In this document: positions 1 through 13,479 of the stretch, piece after piece
Layout of the letters: each line of letters opens with the position of its first letter
How positions within the stretch are numbered: the stretch's first letter is position 1
NCBI GenBank assembly: GCA_048128005.1
Contig: JBEUKZ010000114.1
Coordinates: 1 to 64,000 of the forward strand
From: Veleropilina oligotropha
Taxonomy: Eukaryota
Length of the DNA stretch: 64,000 nt
Direction: 5' to 3'
The notes under the pieces: model-generated
Databases searched by the model: none
Told to the model about the DNA's origin: nothing
What the model saw: only the letters and a program-made list of their open reading frames with translations
Made by a program: the position numbers and the translations under genes

Positions 1-687
1 ATCTGCTAATTTATGAATGTTCTTTTTAACTGTTGGAGTGAAGACAATAGGCTTTAACATCCGTGTTTTTCATGACCGTTTCCTTTTTGTCCAATAAAAA
101 TATTCAATATTCAAAAGTGCAGACGATACAGTTTTATAAGATAACAGTGCAAATGGCATTCGAAAGCAATTATGTATCGTATTTTACGTTATTTTTCATT
201 GGCCAGATAATTGTGCATTGATGGTCAATAACTTCACATTGAATAACATTAATTTTACATTAGAAGTAAACGTGTCGCCATTAGGTTTGAACATGGCGCT
301 AACAACTGTTATGATAGCATTGATGTGTGGTATTTTATTGATCCCAATTATCTCCATCTTTGTCGCAATTACCAACACTCGGATAATGCTTTTAGAGCGC
401 CTGCAGATGATTTAAATTATTCATGTGAAATTTAAGTGTGGTTTACACGTGTAAGCAGAGCACTCAATTTGTTACCTTTAACTATTACTGAATGTTGCAC
501 CAATGAAAATACTGTTTCTTGTACGATATGCCTGTGGACAATTCGATGGTCAATCTTCAAATGTTTTGAAATATGGCAGGCCTGTTATGTGAGAGTCTAG
601 CACTAGTATACGGTGACTTGAATAAGGATTTTGATATGTTTTGGCTACAACATCATCGCGAAAGCTAAAAATACAGCATTTCCAAAA

Positions 688-840
688 GGGGCCGTAGCTT
701 AGTGGTTTTGATGCTAGACAACGATTCTAGTTATCTGAGTTCGATTACCGGCAATGTCATAGATATACTTCGTCTGCATTGCACTCAGTATACGTCTATC
801 GGATAGAAACGTTGAACCGGGGCACCGACTACAGACACGA
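688..840 (+). mobile_element. degenerate tRNA-derived SINE head
   Basis: A-box-like GTAGCTTAGTGG and B-box-like GAGTTCGATTACC at tRNA-like spacing; no complete cloverleaf. Confidence 0.4.
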
Positions 841-960
841 ACGAAAAAATGTTAAAAGGTATTTAAAACATAATGTTTTGCAATCGTGGCTAATCCGCAT
901 GCAGCCGACTGTTGATATTGTTACACAATCACATATTAATGTTAAAGTATAATGTTATAG

Positions 961-1197
961 CGGGCGGCTCCGAAGTAATGTGGTTTCGGTTGCAGACTCC
1001 GAATATAACTGACTTAACTCGGCTGACACGAACAGAAGTGAGTTCGAATCTCGGTTGGGACATGTCATTATTTGTTCAAGTTATGAACCACAGTTGTCTG
1101 TTTCTGGTCGGAAATGGTGGGTTTCCACGGGCTTTTCTCCCGTGATAATATCGACATGATTGTAAATAAACAGAACATTAAGCATCTATCCTTTCCC
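961..1197 (+). mobile_element. diverged copy of SINE family A
   Basis: Aligns by eye with 41136-41394 (B box GAGTTCGAATC, TTTGTTCAAGTTATGAA, tail TTGTAAATAAACAGAACATTAAGCATC). Confidence 0.75.
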
Positions 1198-2387
1198 GTT
1201 CTTTCCTATTTGATGCTATAGTTTATAACGAGACAAAAAACACAACCAGATTATTACATTGTCGTCATGAATCGTCTACTGGCGATACAACGGGCTTATA
1301 TACCATGTCGTCAAGAACGGCGTTGTAACCATATGATACAATCTTTCAATCAAATTGCACTCAATATCACCGTTTGGAGTTTTTTCCGACTGCGTGTTTG
1401 CTGCCATATTGAATTTGATGAATAATGACATTATACAAAAATAAAATAGAAATGGAGGATGTAGCAAAACGTGTACATATAAAATTGCATTTCTGATAGA
1501 ATCGACGAAAATAACCACTACGTAAAACCAACAAATATGAAATTATCATATTCAATATAATATATTAACCTCTATGGTAACCTCTATGTTATTAATGGCC
1601 CGTGTGATTCCGTGGCTGTAACAGATTCATAAATCAAAAATGGATTCGCAGTGTAATCAAATATTTCGAATTTTAATTCATATCAATATGAGAGGGTTGT
1701 GAAAAATATTTTCACGTAATGTTACATGATATAGAATAAACACCATTTTCTATATGTCTTAACCAGCACGTGTTCGTGCAAAATCGCGTTTGGTTGTGCT
1801 ATGTTCATAATATGTTCACGAGAAATCACTGGATTTAGTTTTATGCATATCGAGCGATTTTAACAACAAACCACTCTCTAGACTGCTATCTGAATTTCAG
1901 TTAATTTGAAGACGTAGAAGTTCGCGGTAATTGGTGAGCGACAGTTAGCATTTCCTCGCTAATGCCTTGTTATTAACCCTATTATTCGGGTACCTGACCA
2001 GAATATTTCTAGATGTGAAGTAGACGAAGTCTTTGTTGTTCGATGACTCGATAGTATCGCGTGGGAATAGATATCAAACGACCCTGACGTTGTGCTATTT
2101 CGTTTCTATAGGAAAGAGGCAACGTTCATTTGTGAAGAGTTACGTCTGAACGAGTTACGAAGATGAAATGCGGTGAAAATACCAATTAACCCTGAAAACT
2201 TGTGATGAACAAACTGACATAACCGTCGATATACTAATAGTATATGCCTTTTTCATGCACATTGTACTATAGTTACAGTTGTCTATTGATGTTTTGTTCA
2301 AAGACTGAAATCCAGTATCAAACGTGAGTTTTGATAATTTTCAAAGCTTTAGTAATCTATCTCCAGTTGTCTCGCAATTATATTAAA

Positions 2388-2592
2388 CTAGAGGGCACAT
2401 CCGTTTACAAGAAGAAGAAGCCACCTGCCTGCCCCATCCCAAGACTCAATCAGCTCACATATATAACAGTGAATTTGGCCAATTCTAACGGGCGCAACAG
2501 TAAACTTGGTCAATTCGAACCGGCGCAAAAGTCGGAAGCGACAAACCGACAAACTACATGCACGCAATTACTACTTTATATAATTATATAGA
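2388..2592 (-). mobile_element. short non-autonomous Helitron-like element
   Basis: Minus strand reads A|TCTATATAATTATATAAAG...GTTTGTCGGTTTGTC...CTAG|T: 5' TC, 3' CTAG, A|T insertion site, no TSD. Confidence 0.45.
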
Positions 2593-3189
2593 TACAATTC
2601 GGATGTAAAATATCACGAATGTCTTTAACTTTTCAAGTTACGATTAGCTTATATTTGATCGCATCACATTGAGGATAAAAATGTTCTCTTATTTTCTTTA
2701 TATTCATTTGTAATGTCGTCTGATTCGTTATTATGTGTTTTGCTTCATGTACTATTATTTTTTCTCTAATGTATTTTTGAAATATTCATCATTTCAATAC
2801 TGTCAATATAATTATAATTTTGGATATTTGCATTCATTGATGAAAACATCAATATTGTAATTCTTGCTGTCATATGTTTACCTTAGGTTTCAGATTTGAA
2901 AAGCTGCGATAATTAAATAAATACTTTACAGACGATCTATTCTATTTGCATACATATGATATGATCAGTTTGTGCAGAATTTTGCGGTATCGCCACCGTC
3001 TGTATCAATATGGTGAGATAATGTTGCAGGCTACAATCCTTCTTAAATACCTGGGGAAAATGTACGAAATGAACAAGAAAGTCGTGAGAAAAATTAACTC
3101 ATCTATCATTATTTAAGCATCAATATATTGATTTTTCATCCAATATCTTAATACGGCCTTTCGCCTTTGCGTGATGTCTTCTGACGATA

Positions 3190-3355
3190 GTGGGCAGCAT
3201 GCCATATTGGATAGGGTGCTGCTCTACTAAGGTCCTTGGTTCAATCCCCGGCCCGCGTGTGCCAGGGATTTTTCCTACATTACAATTCAAAGTTGATTGA
3301 CCCGAATTTTTTACTGAAATACTGTTGTTGTGGTCGTTATATTAAACATCAATTC
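3190..3355 (+). mobile_element. degenerate tRNA-derived SINE (family B) with Nimb-like tail
   Basis: B box GGTTCAATCCCC at 3238; tail ACTGAAATACTGTTGTTGTGGTCGTT..AAACATCAATT resembles the reverse complement of 8430-8490. Confidence 0.5.
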
Positions 3356-5671
3356 ATTATCACCATCTTCTGAAAATTCATACAAACTTATTTAATTTAT
3401 GAATTTGATATCAACTTTAAACTAAAGATAGATCCACATGACATAACTAAGGCGATATCTATTATTATCAGATTTCGATATCAAGATCATAGTGATTTTC
3501 GCTGGACGAATGGCTGCCTTTCTCGGATGCAGCCATACGCGGCCATTTGGTCATGATTTCCACATGACTTTCAGGTTTCTGCCATTGATTAGTCAGACAT
3601 AAATATTATTTATTGCCTCAATGACCAGGATAGAATTAATCCTGGAGCACATTTACTACACAGTAACAAAACAGATGTTCACACTTATCTTAATTTACCC
3701 AAAACGCACAGCTGCTTAATTATTTGACCGCTGACACGCACTGATTCATAACGATGAATATCCTGGTTAGACATGAGTGTCTAACTAGTTACAACACTAA
3801 TCTCACAATATAAGTCAATAATGGTCATTCCTAAATAACATTATTGTATCAATTAATTAATTTTTATTACGTATAAATAAAGCTGTAATTCTTGTGCAAA
3901 AAGGTATTTTTCGGCGCACATTGTTTTTTGGCGCATATACAATGGGGATATAATTGGAACAATAGACCCACTAGTGTTAATAATCCCATTGTTCCAAGTA
4001 ATAGACAATGGGTTAACTCGGCTCGCTGACAAGATTAAATTGAGTGACAAAGCATTTGACAACTTGCCAATGGAAGAGTCGATTTCTCAAATCACGCAAT
4101 GAGCGCGTTATGTTGGGCAATTGAATGTTTAAATTGGCGACAGCTTGCAATTTACAATAGATTTACACGGCGTGTATAATAGATAATGCAACTGCCACAT
4201 ATGTACGATATGCAAGTAACAAGCCTCGCTCTCCCTGGCAGTGAACATAAATTAAAATTATTCAAGAATCAATTTATGAATGTGCAATGGAAGCATACCA
4301 TGCATATGCAATATTCTCAAACATTGATTAATAGTGAACTCGTACTATCTATCATCGCGGGCTGTAGTCGCGAACATCATAGTGTGCGGTTAAGCGGTTT
4401 GTTATTAAGTTGGTAGATTGTAAATAACGCTATTTATCGCAATTACAATTTCCCCAGGAGATATACAAATGCCGCTACCCACCAATGCAGCAACGTTACT
4501 GGTATTGTCGCAATGGGACCGACTTCTCGCTTGAATATTTACGAGTGGCCGTGGGTGGCCGCTGATTTCTGCTATAACAATTTTAGCCACCGTTACGAAT
4601 ATCGATTTCAAAGAGGACCGGAACTGACCAATTCAGCCATGAAGAATGGCTAACTTTCAAAATTTACAAACATAATATCGCATTCGGTTGCAGAGACTAG
4701 AGCGTAATGGCAAATATATTGTTAATTTAACTAAATATTTATTGACTTGCCGAGGCGAGGATGTGTTATATAGCTCTCGTATAGCAATAACGGGATATTA
4801 AGTACTGTCGGGTTTACGAATTGAGACCTCGTTAATGACTCGCACGCTTAATAGATGATGGTGTATCAATCCAAGCACACGCGATATACATACACGGGCG
4901 TAAATATTTGCAAGACTTATGGGAATGTTGAAGTGAAATAGCACACACACAGTAGTGATTGACTGTTCGCACTTGACATGCGCATTAATAACTACCCAGG
5001 CATGTTGGCGCGTTTAGCGTCGAAATATCCGACTTAGACGCTCATATTGGTTTATCATTTCGTTAATTTGGTGGGATATTTGTAGTAGAACTACGACCAC
5101 AAATGCATCGCGGTTATCTTGAATTGAACAAGGATCGATCAACTTTTGGATATTATACTGGTAAAAAGTCAAGATCAACGCCACCATGATGGCCGAGAGC
5201 ATGTTTTGAGCTATATAACTAATATGTCATAGGTCACATCGGAGGTGTAATGATTCATTGAAGAGCGTGGTTCAAAATTCGATCGACTGAGTGTTCTAAT
5301 GATCAGAAGTACGTTCAAATCCGTTTGGCGGGATACTTAGTATTATTTGTAGATTCAAGTATCCGTTTTTTCCCAATCGACCGGTCTTTTCTCCTAAGAG
5401 ATCATTTTATGTACGTATCCCGGTATAACCTTGAAGGGTGTTAAAATAGGACATTGATCAATGATCCACAACAAAATAAACCACGGATACCGACAGATAA
5501 AACAGCGCAACTCGAACGATCCCTCCAACCGGATCATGGTAAATACTTCGAATTACCTATCTATATTATTATCACGGTCATTCCAAGAGTTTCCTAATAT
5601 CACAAAACACGAACTGATGAAATTTGTACTTTAAATGCAAATATTTCAAACAAGAACAAACTATTTTAAAG

Positions 5672-5927
5672 GGAGGAATGATGCTTAATGTCCTGTATAT
5701 TTACAACATCGAGGTTCAAGGCAGGACATGTCCGTGTTATCGCGGGAGGAAACCCCGGTCGCCCGGGTAAACCCGCCCTCTTCGGCCAGTCACGGACAAC
5801 TGTGATTCATAACTTGAACAAATTTCAATGCCTCAGCCAGGTATTGAACCCACTACTGTTCGCATTAGCGGAATCAAGCCAGTGAATTTAGAGTGGACAC
5901 TCTACCCACTGCGCTGCCGAAGCGGCC
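5672..5927 (-). mobile_element. SINE family A, young full-length copy
   Basis: Near-identical to 41136-41394 and 63701-63960; 12-bp TSD ACTATTTTAAAG at 5660-5671 and 5928-5939; A and B boxes present. Confidence 0.92.
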
Positions 5928-8428
5928 ACTATTTTAAAGCGTGTACTTGCTTTACGATGGTGGCTACTATGATTGCTTACCGTTTCAGCATGACCCGGCT
6001 AATCAACTTTGAACACATCACGTTTTGCTGGACAATATGGTCAACCACCATAACAATTTCGTTTCTTTCACCAATAAAGAGATCAACAGATACTGGATGG
6101 AAATTATTGCAAATCAACACCGGCCTACGGGCGAATGTTAATCAATAGAAAATCAAAATGAGACCACGGACTTCAGCGGGTTTGAAGTTCGCTGTTAATG
6201 AAAAATTATGGTAAACCTCTCCTTAACTTACGTGTTAATGCAATAATAACAAATTAAATAGTGACAAAACTGATTTACGGATTAATAAAGTATCGAATAC
6301 AGTTATTTGACGTCATTAATCAATGCCAACCATCAATTTCATTATGTTTCTTGTTATATCACAATATACGCTATCGCAATCCATTAATGAACATATGTTG
6401 TAACCTGGGAGTGGAAAGAATGTGTACAGTGCAACAAAATACAGGAACATATATTAAACATCAATGTGCATATTCAGTTGTACAATGATATGCTCTATCT
6501 CTACCCGTTATATGGTAAGCAGCGACGTCGTGCCTTTATCAAGATCAAACATAAAGGAAACGGTATATTGTTGCATGGCGTGTAGCACACAGAACTCTGT
6601 AACGAATCGCCTTCATATCCTCGCTCTTATTAAGGATATTGCAATGAAAATTTATGGTGCGAAAAACATAGTAAGTATAACCAGTAGGAAAAGAAAGTGT
6701 GTTCTTTTTAAATTGATAATGTTGGCCTATGTGATAAATTTACGCTCTATTATATTCAGATACTTCGTGGAATCACACATATTGTTTAATTACCGATATT
6801 CCATACAATCATATTATTTGCACTGTTGTTACACGGGAATTGATTTCAGTTAATTTATATAGATGTAAAACAATACTAAAAGCATTAACTGGATGTGGTA
6901 ATTATATTTGCTTAGTCATTTCAAGTCGTCAAATTATTATTTGAAGGCAATTGCCTTGAACAGTCGTTCGAATAATTATACTGTTAACAGCCGTGATTCC
7001 TTCAAGAACGGTCTATCAAGAGACAAAATCCCAGCGAGAGAGTCAATATTTGTCTTCAGTTAACCTTATTAACTGAAACCCCAAGCGACGTAACTGTCGC
7101 ATCGACGACACGAGTCGGAAGGAACCGTTTCTTATTCAAAGAGTCGATTCATTGCGGTCAAACACTCGGCTAAATTAGAGCTTTGTTTGTCTACGATCTT
7201 TCATGAATATCCGATGCTGATCAGCGACAATAACCGTTCGTCGGAGCTAATATCACGACCGTGCGACCGAAGATTCAAGACGACTTTTGGTTCGGCGGCG
7301 GCTAAGCCTCTCCTACTCCCTGACATGGTAATCATATGCCGGGGGATTACGGACAATTGCCCTATAGCCTAAAACAGGAACGGAGTGTCCACACCGGAAC
7401 ATTGTTGGTCGAAGATGGCTTATTTGGAAATACGCCATTCAGGTCATGAATCCGTGAACGACAGCGCTAATGAAGGTTCTCTTTGACTCAAGTTTACCCT
7501 CTATAATATGTATACGCGACAGTGTGGTGAAAGTAAACAGGCAAACGCAAATGAAGTCAGTGTTTTAATATGATATGCCATTGTTTATTTAATTTAAAAT
7601 GAAATATCCTTATAATTAAGCAACTCATAACCTGTATTATTTAACATTACTATACTGGATACACAAATCACGACCGTGGATTATTATTGGAAAAACGCAG
7701 CTTACACAGGAAAATTGCAGAGCGTGGAATAGTGAAAACCGTTCGGAAATTGCAACTGATCAAGTAAATAGCAGGTTTCCGAAACCAACACCACGACCGC
7801 TTTAAAAACCAATGCACGATGGGATACTAGAGCGGATTTATCATCGTCGTTGTAGGAATTTAATAATAGTTAGAAAGCCACCGAAACTCAATACGCACAA
7901 TAATTGAAATCAAAATAATTCAGTATTAAGTTACATAATGTGTGATTAAGAGGGGATCTCACATCTCATTTAATATAACATTTATGAAACGAGTTAACTA
8001 ATTTTCATATTTTCCGAATCAAATTTATAAAGAAACACTCTGCACAACGTTGTTTTTCATTTTGTTGACGCGTTCTAACATACTAGTAATACTACTAACA
8101 TAATTATGCGGCGTAGTAATATTCAGTTGCAGAAGGTGAAATTTGTAAATTGATTGGTGACGTCATAATGTGTCAATGGGTGTGAATAATAACCCGTTCT
8201 ACTCAATAAACTATAAATATAAAATAACGCGGTTATGAAAAAACTAATGTCAGCGTCTACGCTTATTTCTTATGAACATTATAGCTCTTAAAATCGAATA
8301 TATCTTACGTTTGTTTATCTTTTTTGGCAAATGTTTGGTGAAACTAGTAGACGGGATTGCAATTCAGATGTCACACAACAACAAATTGGTCAAATGTGAA
8401 GATACAGAAATCAATGTCCATGGTCACA

Positions 8429-9805
8429 ATTGATTAATTGAATTGATGTTTAACGACCACGCCAACAATATTTCAGTCATAATCGAGTCGATGAACATCA
8501 AAGGCTAAGATTACTTGATATATTTTAAACAGTATTCACTTTTTACATACAAGACATATCGAGTTAAATGCATATAAACTTTCTGCCAGCAGATTTGTAA
8601 AAATAAAAGGGTTAACGTTTGTAAAATATGTTAGTTTATTTTAAAAAAGCAAAAATGACATCAATTTTAAAATTACTAAATATTTCTTGAAGTGATGATG
8701 CCCTAAATATTTTTGACGTATTGGGTCTAAATGAATGCAGTTCAATAGTATATATGTTCGAGGCACAATCAGGTGGTGTCTCGCAAGCAGGGGTGAGTGT
8801 ACTAGTAATGTCCAATTCGCATTCTGGTCAAGACGACATCTTCACGGCGTACGGACCTGTATGAGGGATCATCGCCAGAGGATGTTTTTTTACGTGGATC
8901 CTCGATTCCCATTGACTGCCGAATTAACATAATTTTGGTTGCTGTTACCCCCGGTCCTTTTCGAGCGCAGCAGTCACTTCCATAGCCAGTTCCTGAACGA
9001 TGTTATCAGGAAGGTCGCTTTGGTCATCTGATTGTTCTTCATTATCCATTATAGGACCAGAGCGATTATGAAGCCGTATAGGGTCATCACACCCTTTGAG
9101 CTTCCTCTCTGGCTTAATTGCTCTTTTTTGAGGCTGCTGCCTTGGGTACAGCGGCAGTCTCTTTTGATGAGTTTCTAGTTGCAAGATTAGTTAATATACA
9201 AGTTTGAGTTGATGATTATTATGAAGAAGATTTGATTTGATTTGAGTTGCCAAATTCGAAGTTGATTTGGTGGTAGATGATAAAATTTCAAATGGTGTTG
9301 CACCAAATGGCCAGGTGATATCGGTTTCCACTGAAAAGGATCAAGTGATTGATCTGGACTCCGCTGTTGCTGTAACTGCAGCAAAAGTTCTGCCCGAGAT
9401 CGTCCTGGATTCCACGAGCTTTCTGTCATCAGGAAAATAAATCCGGTCGATCGTTTTAACCCTCAGGATCTCTTTCTCGTGCTTCCATTTCAGACAGTTG
9501 GGTGGGTTGGATCAGGAGTCAGAATCATGACCCTCGCCACTGTAACTATCACAGACGGAGTTCCATTTGCATCGGTCCTTGTGATGTCCAAATGCTTGGC
9601 ATTTGAAGCATCTCAAGTGGTTTGGGATGTAGGGCTTTTAGTGGGGTTCACAATAGCAAGCTGTCACAGACATTGGAAGTACAAGAAAACCAAGATGATC
9701 GTGTTGTCGGGTACTTTTTGGCCATCCTTGAACATGGTCAGGCGGGTAGCCTTATTCACACTCCGACCCTTCATGCCTTCCAACAGTTCTAGTTCGAAGC
9801 ACCCC
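8429..9805 (-). pseudogene. internally deleted I/Nimb-clade LINE: ORF1 zinc-knuckle remnant, ORF2 C-terminus and 3' tail
   Basis: Minus-strand translation gives KPYIPNHLRCFKCQAFGHHKDRC, EKEILRVKTIDRIYFPDDRKLV and KGCDDPIRLHNR (ORF1), then SYRSVRREDVVLTRMRIGH and LLNC..IRQKY (ORF2 C-terminus); many stops and frameshifts. Confidence 0.75.
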
Positions 9806-10105
9806 TGCAAACCAATCACGTTTTTGCTCATATCACGAACTGTGATGTTCCTACAGGCAACATTATGACGTATATACAAATGTGTTCATGCTCAGTGAAC
9901 ATGGTGAGATCAACAATAATAATATTGAATGATTTGGTAGAGGCTGTCTTCTTACCTTTCAAAATGGCCACCATATGCATGCGCCATGAAAAGAGCTAAT
10001 AGGACAGTAGTTAGAAGCTGATTTTTAGCTTAACCCCAAAATCTCGCTATAAGTTACAAATAAGCTAAAAATCAGCTTCTCACTTCTATCATATTAGCTC
10101 TTTGC
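9806..10105 (-). repeat. Academ-type TIR-derived repeat, inverted copy of ~13985-14240, with local foldback
   Basis: Reverse complement of 13985-14240; 9984-10032 also pairs with 10061-10108; a further partial copy lies at 11270-11400. Confidence 0.65.
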
Positions 10106-10107
10106 AT

Positions 10108-11242
10108 GCTCGCGACGAGCTAGTATTTGGAACGCCGTGAGCTCGCGACGAGCTAGTATTTGGAACGCCGCGAGCTCGCGACGGGCTTCCAGCGAGCGAG
10201 CTAGTATTTAAAACGGCGGGAGCTCGCGACGAGCTAGTATTTGAAACTCCGGGAGCTCGCTAACCTGGAAAAGCTCCAAACAACAAAACTTATGCAAGTC
10301 AGTGATAATTATGTCTTTAATTTCTGTTTCTGACAGGTCATTGTTTGTACAGGGACTGCTGCAGTTAGTCATTTGCTTGACCAGTGTCATGCTATTTGCA
10401 ATTGAACAAACATGTTTGAATGTAACTGCTGGTAAAGACATTTCTTCAACCCCTCATTGCCTCTATCTGTTTATGTAATATAACCAAGCAAAATTCATAA
10501 AACCAATTTTAGAATCCTGATCTTTGTAAATGGAAATTCGTTGATTTATTGTATAAGGTAATGTTCAGCTTACGGTTTTGTTTTGATGATAACTCATTCT
10601 GAGTCTTTGGTAGGATAACATTGTCATAGTTCAGCACAAAATATTCACAGATTTTGACAGTTTATCAATAAAATCTTGATCACATTTCATTATGTCCTTT
10701 CTGCGTGATTTTCTGAGCATCTTCTGATTCTATTTTACTTACATTGTTCTGTGAAGGATTTCCATTACATGATGGACTCATGTCCAGAATAAAGCTGCCG
10801 TTGTTTGCATGATGATGCAGCTATGTAATGACGCAAGTAATCCAAAATAACTTGATTCAAGAGATAATCCTCTCATATGTGTGTTCTTCTACATGTTAGC
10901 AGATAAAATCACAAACATCTTTCTTCATGATAAAACAGCATAATTAAGAGAAAATGTCAAGAGCAGTGTTCATCAGCAAGAATGCATCTGGCGACCATCT
11001 TGGATTGAGAAATTATCTTCCAGAGAAATAGAAAGAAAAGTGGACTAGTTTTTATAGCAAGCTGGCAGAAAAGAAACTAGCTCGTCGCGACCTCGCAGAG
11101 AAGAAACTAGCTTGCCGCGAGCTCGCAGAAAAGAAATTAGCTCGGCGCGAGCTCGCAGAATGGAAACAAGCTCATCGCGAGCTCGTAGAGAAGAAACTAG
11201 CTCGTCGCGAGCTCGCAAAGAAGAAACTAGTTCGTCGCGAGC
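10108..11242. mobile_element. foldback-type non-autonomous element with tandem-repeat TIRs
   Basis: Left arm has ~31-bp repeats GAGCTCGCGACGAGCTAGTATTT; right arm has 30-bp repeats AAACTAGCTCGTCGCGAGCTC, the reverse complement. Confidence 0.7.
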
Positions 11243-11624
11243 TTGAATTTTTGCTTGGGTGTAATAATTATGATGTCTGTACCCATGTTTTCAGACTCAG
11301 TGAACATGGTGAGATCACAATAATAATACTGAATGATTTGGTAGAATCTGTCATCTTAACTTTCAAAATGGCCGCCAAATGCGTGCGCCATCCAATGAGT
11401 TAACGTTTATATCTCAGACTCTGTGACACATATAGGCATGATTATGCTGCATATATATACATGTACATATTCTCAGGATCATTAAACATGATAATAATAA
11501 AAACATAGGATCATAATTTATAACATTACAAGTACACATTGAAACAAAATTGACATAGCAATATGCCTAGACTAGAATGCCTAGACTAGAAAATATGCAT
11601 AAGAGGCGTAACATTCCGTACAAT

Positions 11625-13372
11625 CGTTGAGGTGTTCTACGCTCAAATGGGGAAGTGTGCAGCCCCAAACCTGTGGCCAATGACTTCAAAGGAGAACTAT
11701 TTGCAACAGCTAAAGAGATATTGGGGAGAAAGGAGAAGAAAATCCAGACATGGGTCCTGGATCTACGCTACAAGAGACGAGAGCTGGGTGGTCAGAAAAA
11801 TACAGGTAATGAAGCAAGGGTGCAATATTAGCAAGTGTATAAAGAGGTCAGGAAGAAGATGAGAGCAGCTAACGAGGGGTGGTTGGAGGTGTAGTGCGGT
11901 GCCATTGAGAAGGGATGAAAGCAGGAATGGCAAACAGGCCTATGATACCATAAACGCCTTAATCAAGTCCAGTCAGCTAATGACAGCTGTCATCGATGAT
12001 AAAGAGGGTACGCTACTGAAATGCAGCGACGAAGTCCTGGAGAGGTGGACGAAGTACTGTGAGAACCTGTACAACTATGAACCCCACCCATACCTCTCCA
12101 TTTTGTAAGCTAACCAAACCCTAACAGAGAGTGAGAACAGTCTACCGGTAGAAGCAGCAATGAGGAGCGTATATGCAGGCGTCAACCGGAGTGGACAACG
12201 TCCTCTCCGAACTGCTGATAAAGCGGAGGTGAAGGAACTGTAAAGGCCCTGACAGTTCTGTTTCTGACAGATGATCTGGAAACAGAGTAAATGGCCAACA
12301 GAGTGAACACAATCGTTAGTGGCACTCTTAACAAAGAACGGGCCATAAGCCTGATCAGTCATCTCAACAAGGTGAGAATAAGCATCATCCTCAACCGATT
12401 GAAAACTACTGTCTGAGGAGCAAGCTGGGTTCAGAACAGGCCGGAGTACAGTGGAACAAATTTTCAACTGTAGAATCATCATTTAAAGACACCTTCAACA
12501 TCAACGTTGCCTCGATCACAACTTCACAGGTTTCAAAAAGACCTTTGACTGAATTTGGCATGACGGCTCCTGAAACGTTCTCAAAGGCGCAGTTATTCTG
12601 AACAGTCAACTGTGAATCTTCTTTCAGACAATTGTCGGCATCAGTCAGGGGTGTTTGCTCTCTCCTGTTCGCTACAATATATTCCTAGAAAGAATCATGC
12701 TGAAGATCCTCCCATGACCACCACACCTCCATTTACCTTGGTGAAAGGCTGTCTGTAACCTTCGTTTTGAAGACGGCATAGACCTAAATGGGGGAGACAA
12801 TAGTGAACTGCAAGGCTGGACGAACAGATTGGTCGCAGACGCCAACATGTATGACATGGAGGTTAGCACAGAAAAGTCTAAAGTTATCGTGAAAAGCTGT
12901 AGCAACAGTTACACAAATGCCAAACATCACCATGAACAGTGGGCCATTATAAGAAGTGTCCAGCTTCAAATACTTGATGAGGGGACCCTGTCAAAGAATG
13001 GTACCTGCACAGCAGAAATCCGTATCAGGTTCGCCACAGCTAAGCCACTGTAACGATGGCCAGACTAAATATGATTTGGATAAGTAACATCGGATTCCCA
13101 CCAAGTATACGCTATTTCTGGTACTCATTATCCTACTATATGGGTGCAAGTCATGGACAATGCTGGCACAGACGGGAAGAAGGCGTTTGAAATGAAATCC
13201 CCCAGGAAGTTGCTCCGCATCTCCTAGTTTGAGAACAAGACCAACGAGTACGTGCGGGGCAAAGTCAATAGATTTTGGGCCGCCAGGAATCTATCGTTGC
13301 CACCAACAGACGGAAGCGAACACGACCGACAGTCTCTGCAAGACCATCATGCAAAACACAGTCACGGAGGAC
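11625..13372 (+). pseudogene. degenerate RTE-clade LINE reverse transcriptase
   Basis: Fragments EVLERWTKYCENLYN, EEQAGFRTGRSTVEQIFNCRII, QGCLLSP, NLRFEDGIDL (decayed FADD) and MEVSTEKSKV across frameshifts. Confidence 0.85.
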
Positions 13373-13479
13373 GAGTTTTCGTCATTTTGACTTTTAATAT
13401 GACTATAACTCTGAGAAATTATTCAACGCACAAAAGGCAGGAATAGATCGAGCTATATGACATACCAATCCCATTCCTG

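Noticed and set aside
7040..7480. GC-richer segment, possible coding remnant
   Set aside because: No recognisable motif in the frames examined
196..8400. Short 60-130-aa ORFs as host genes
   Set aside because: No domain similarity or coherent splice structure; such ORFs are expected by chance or derive from SINEs
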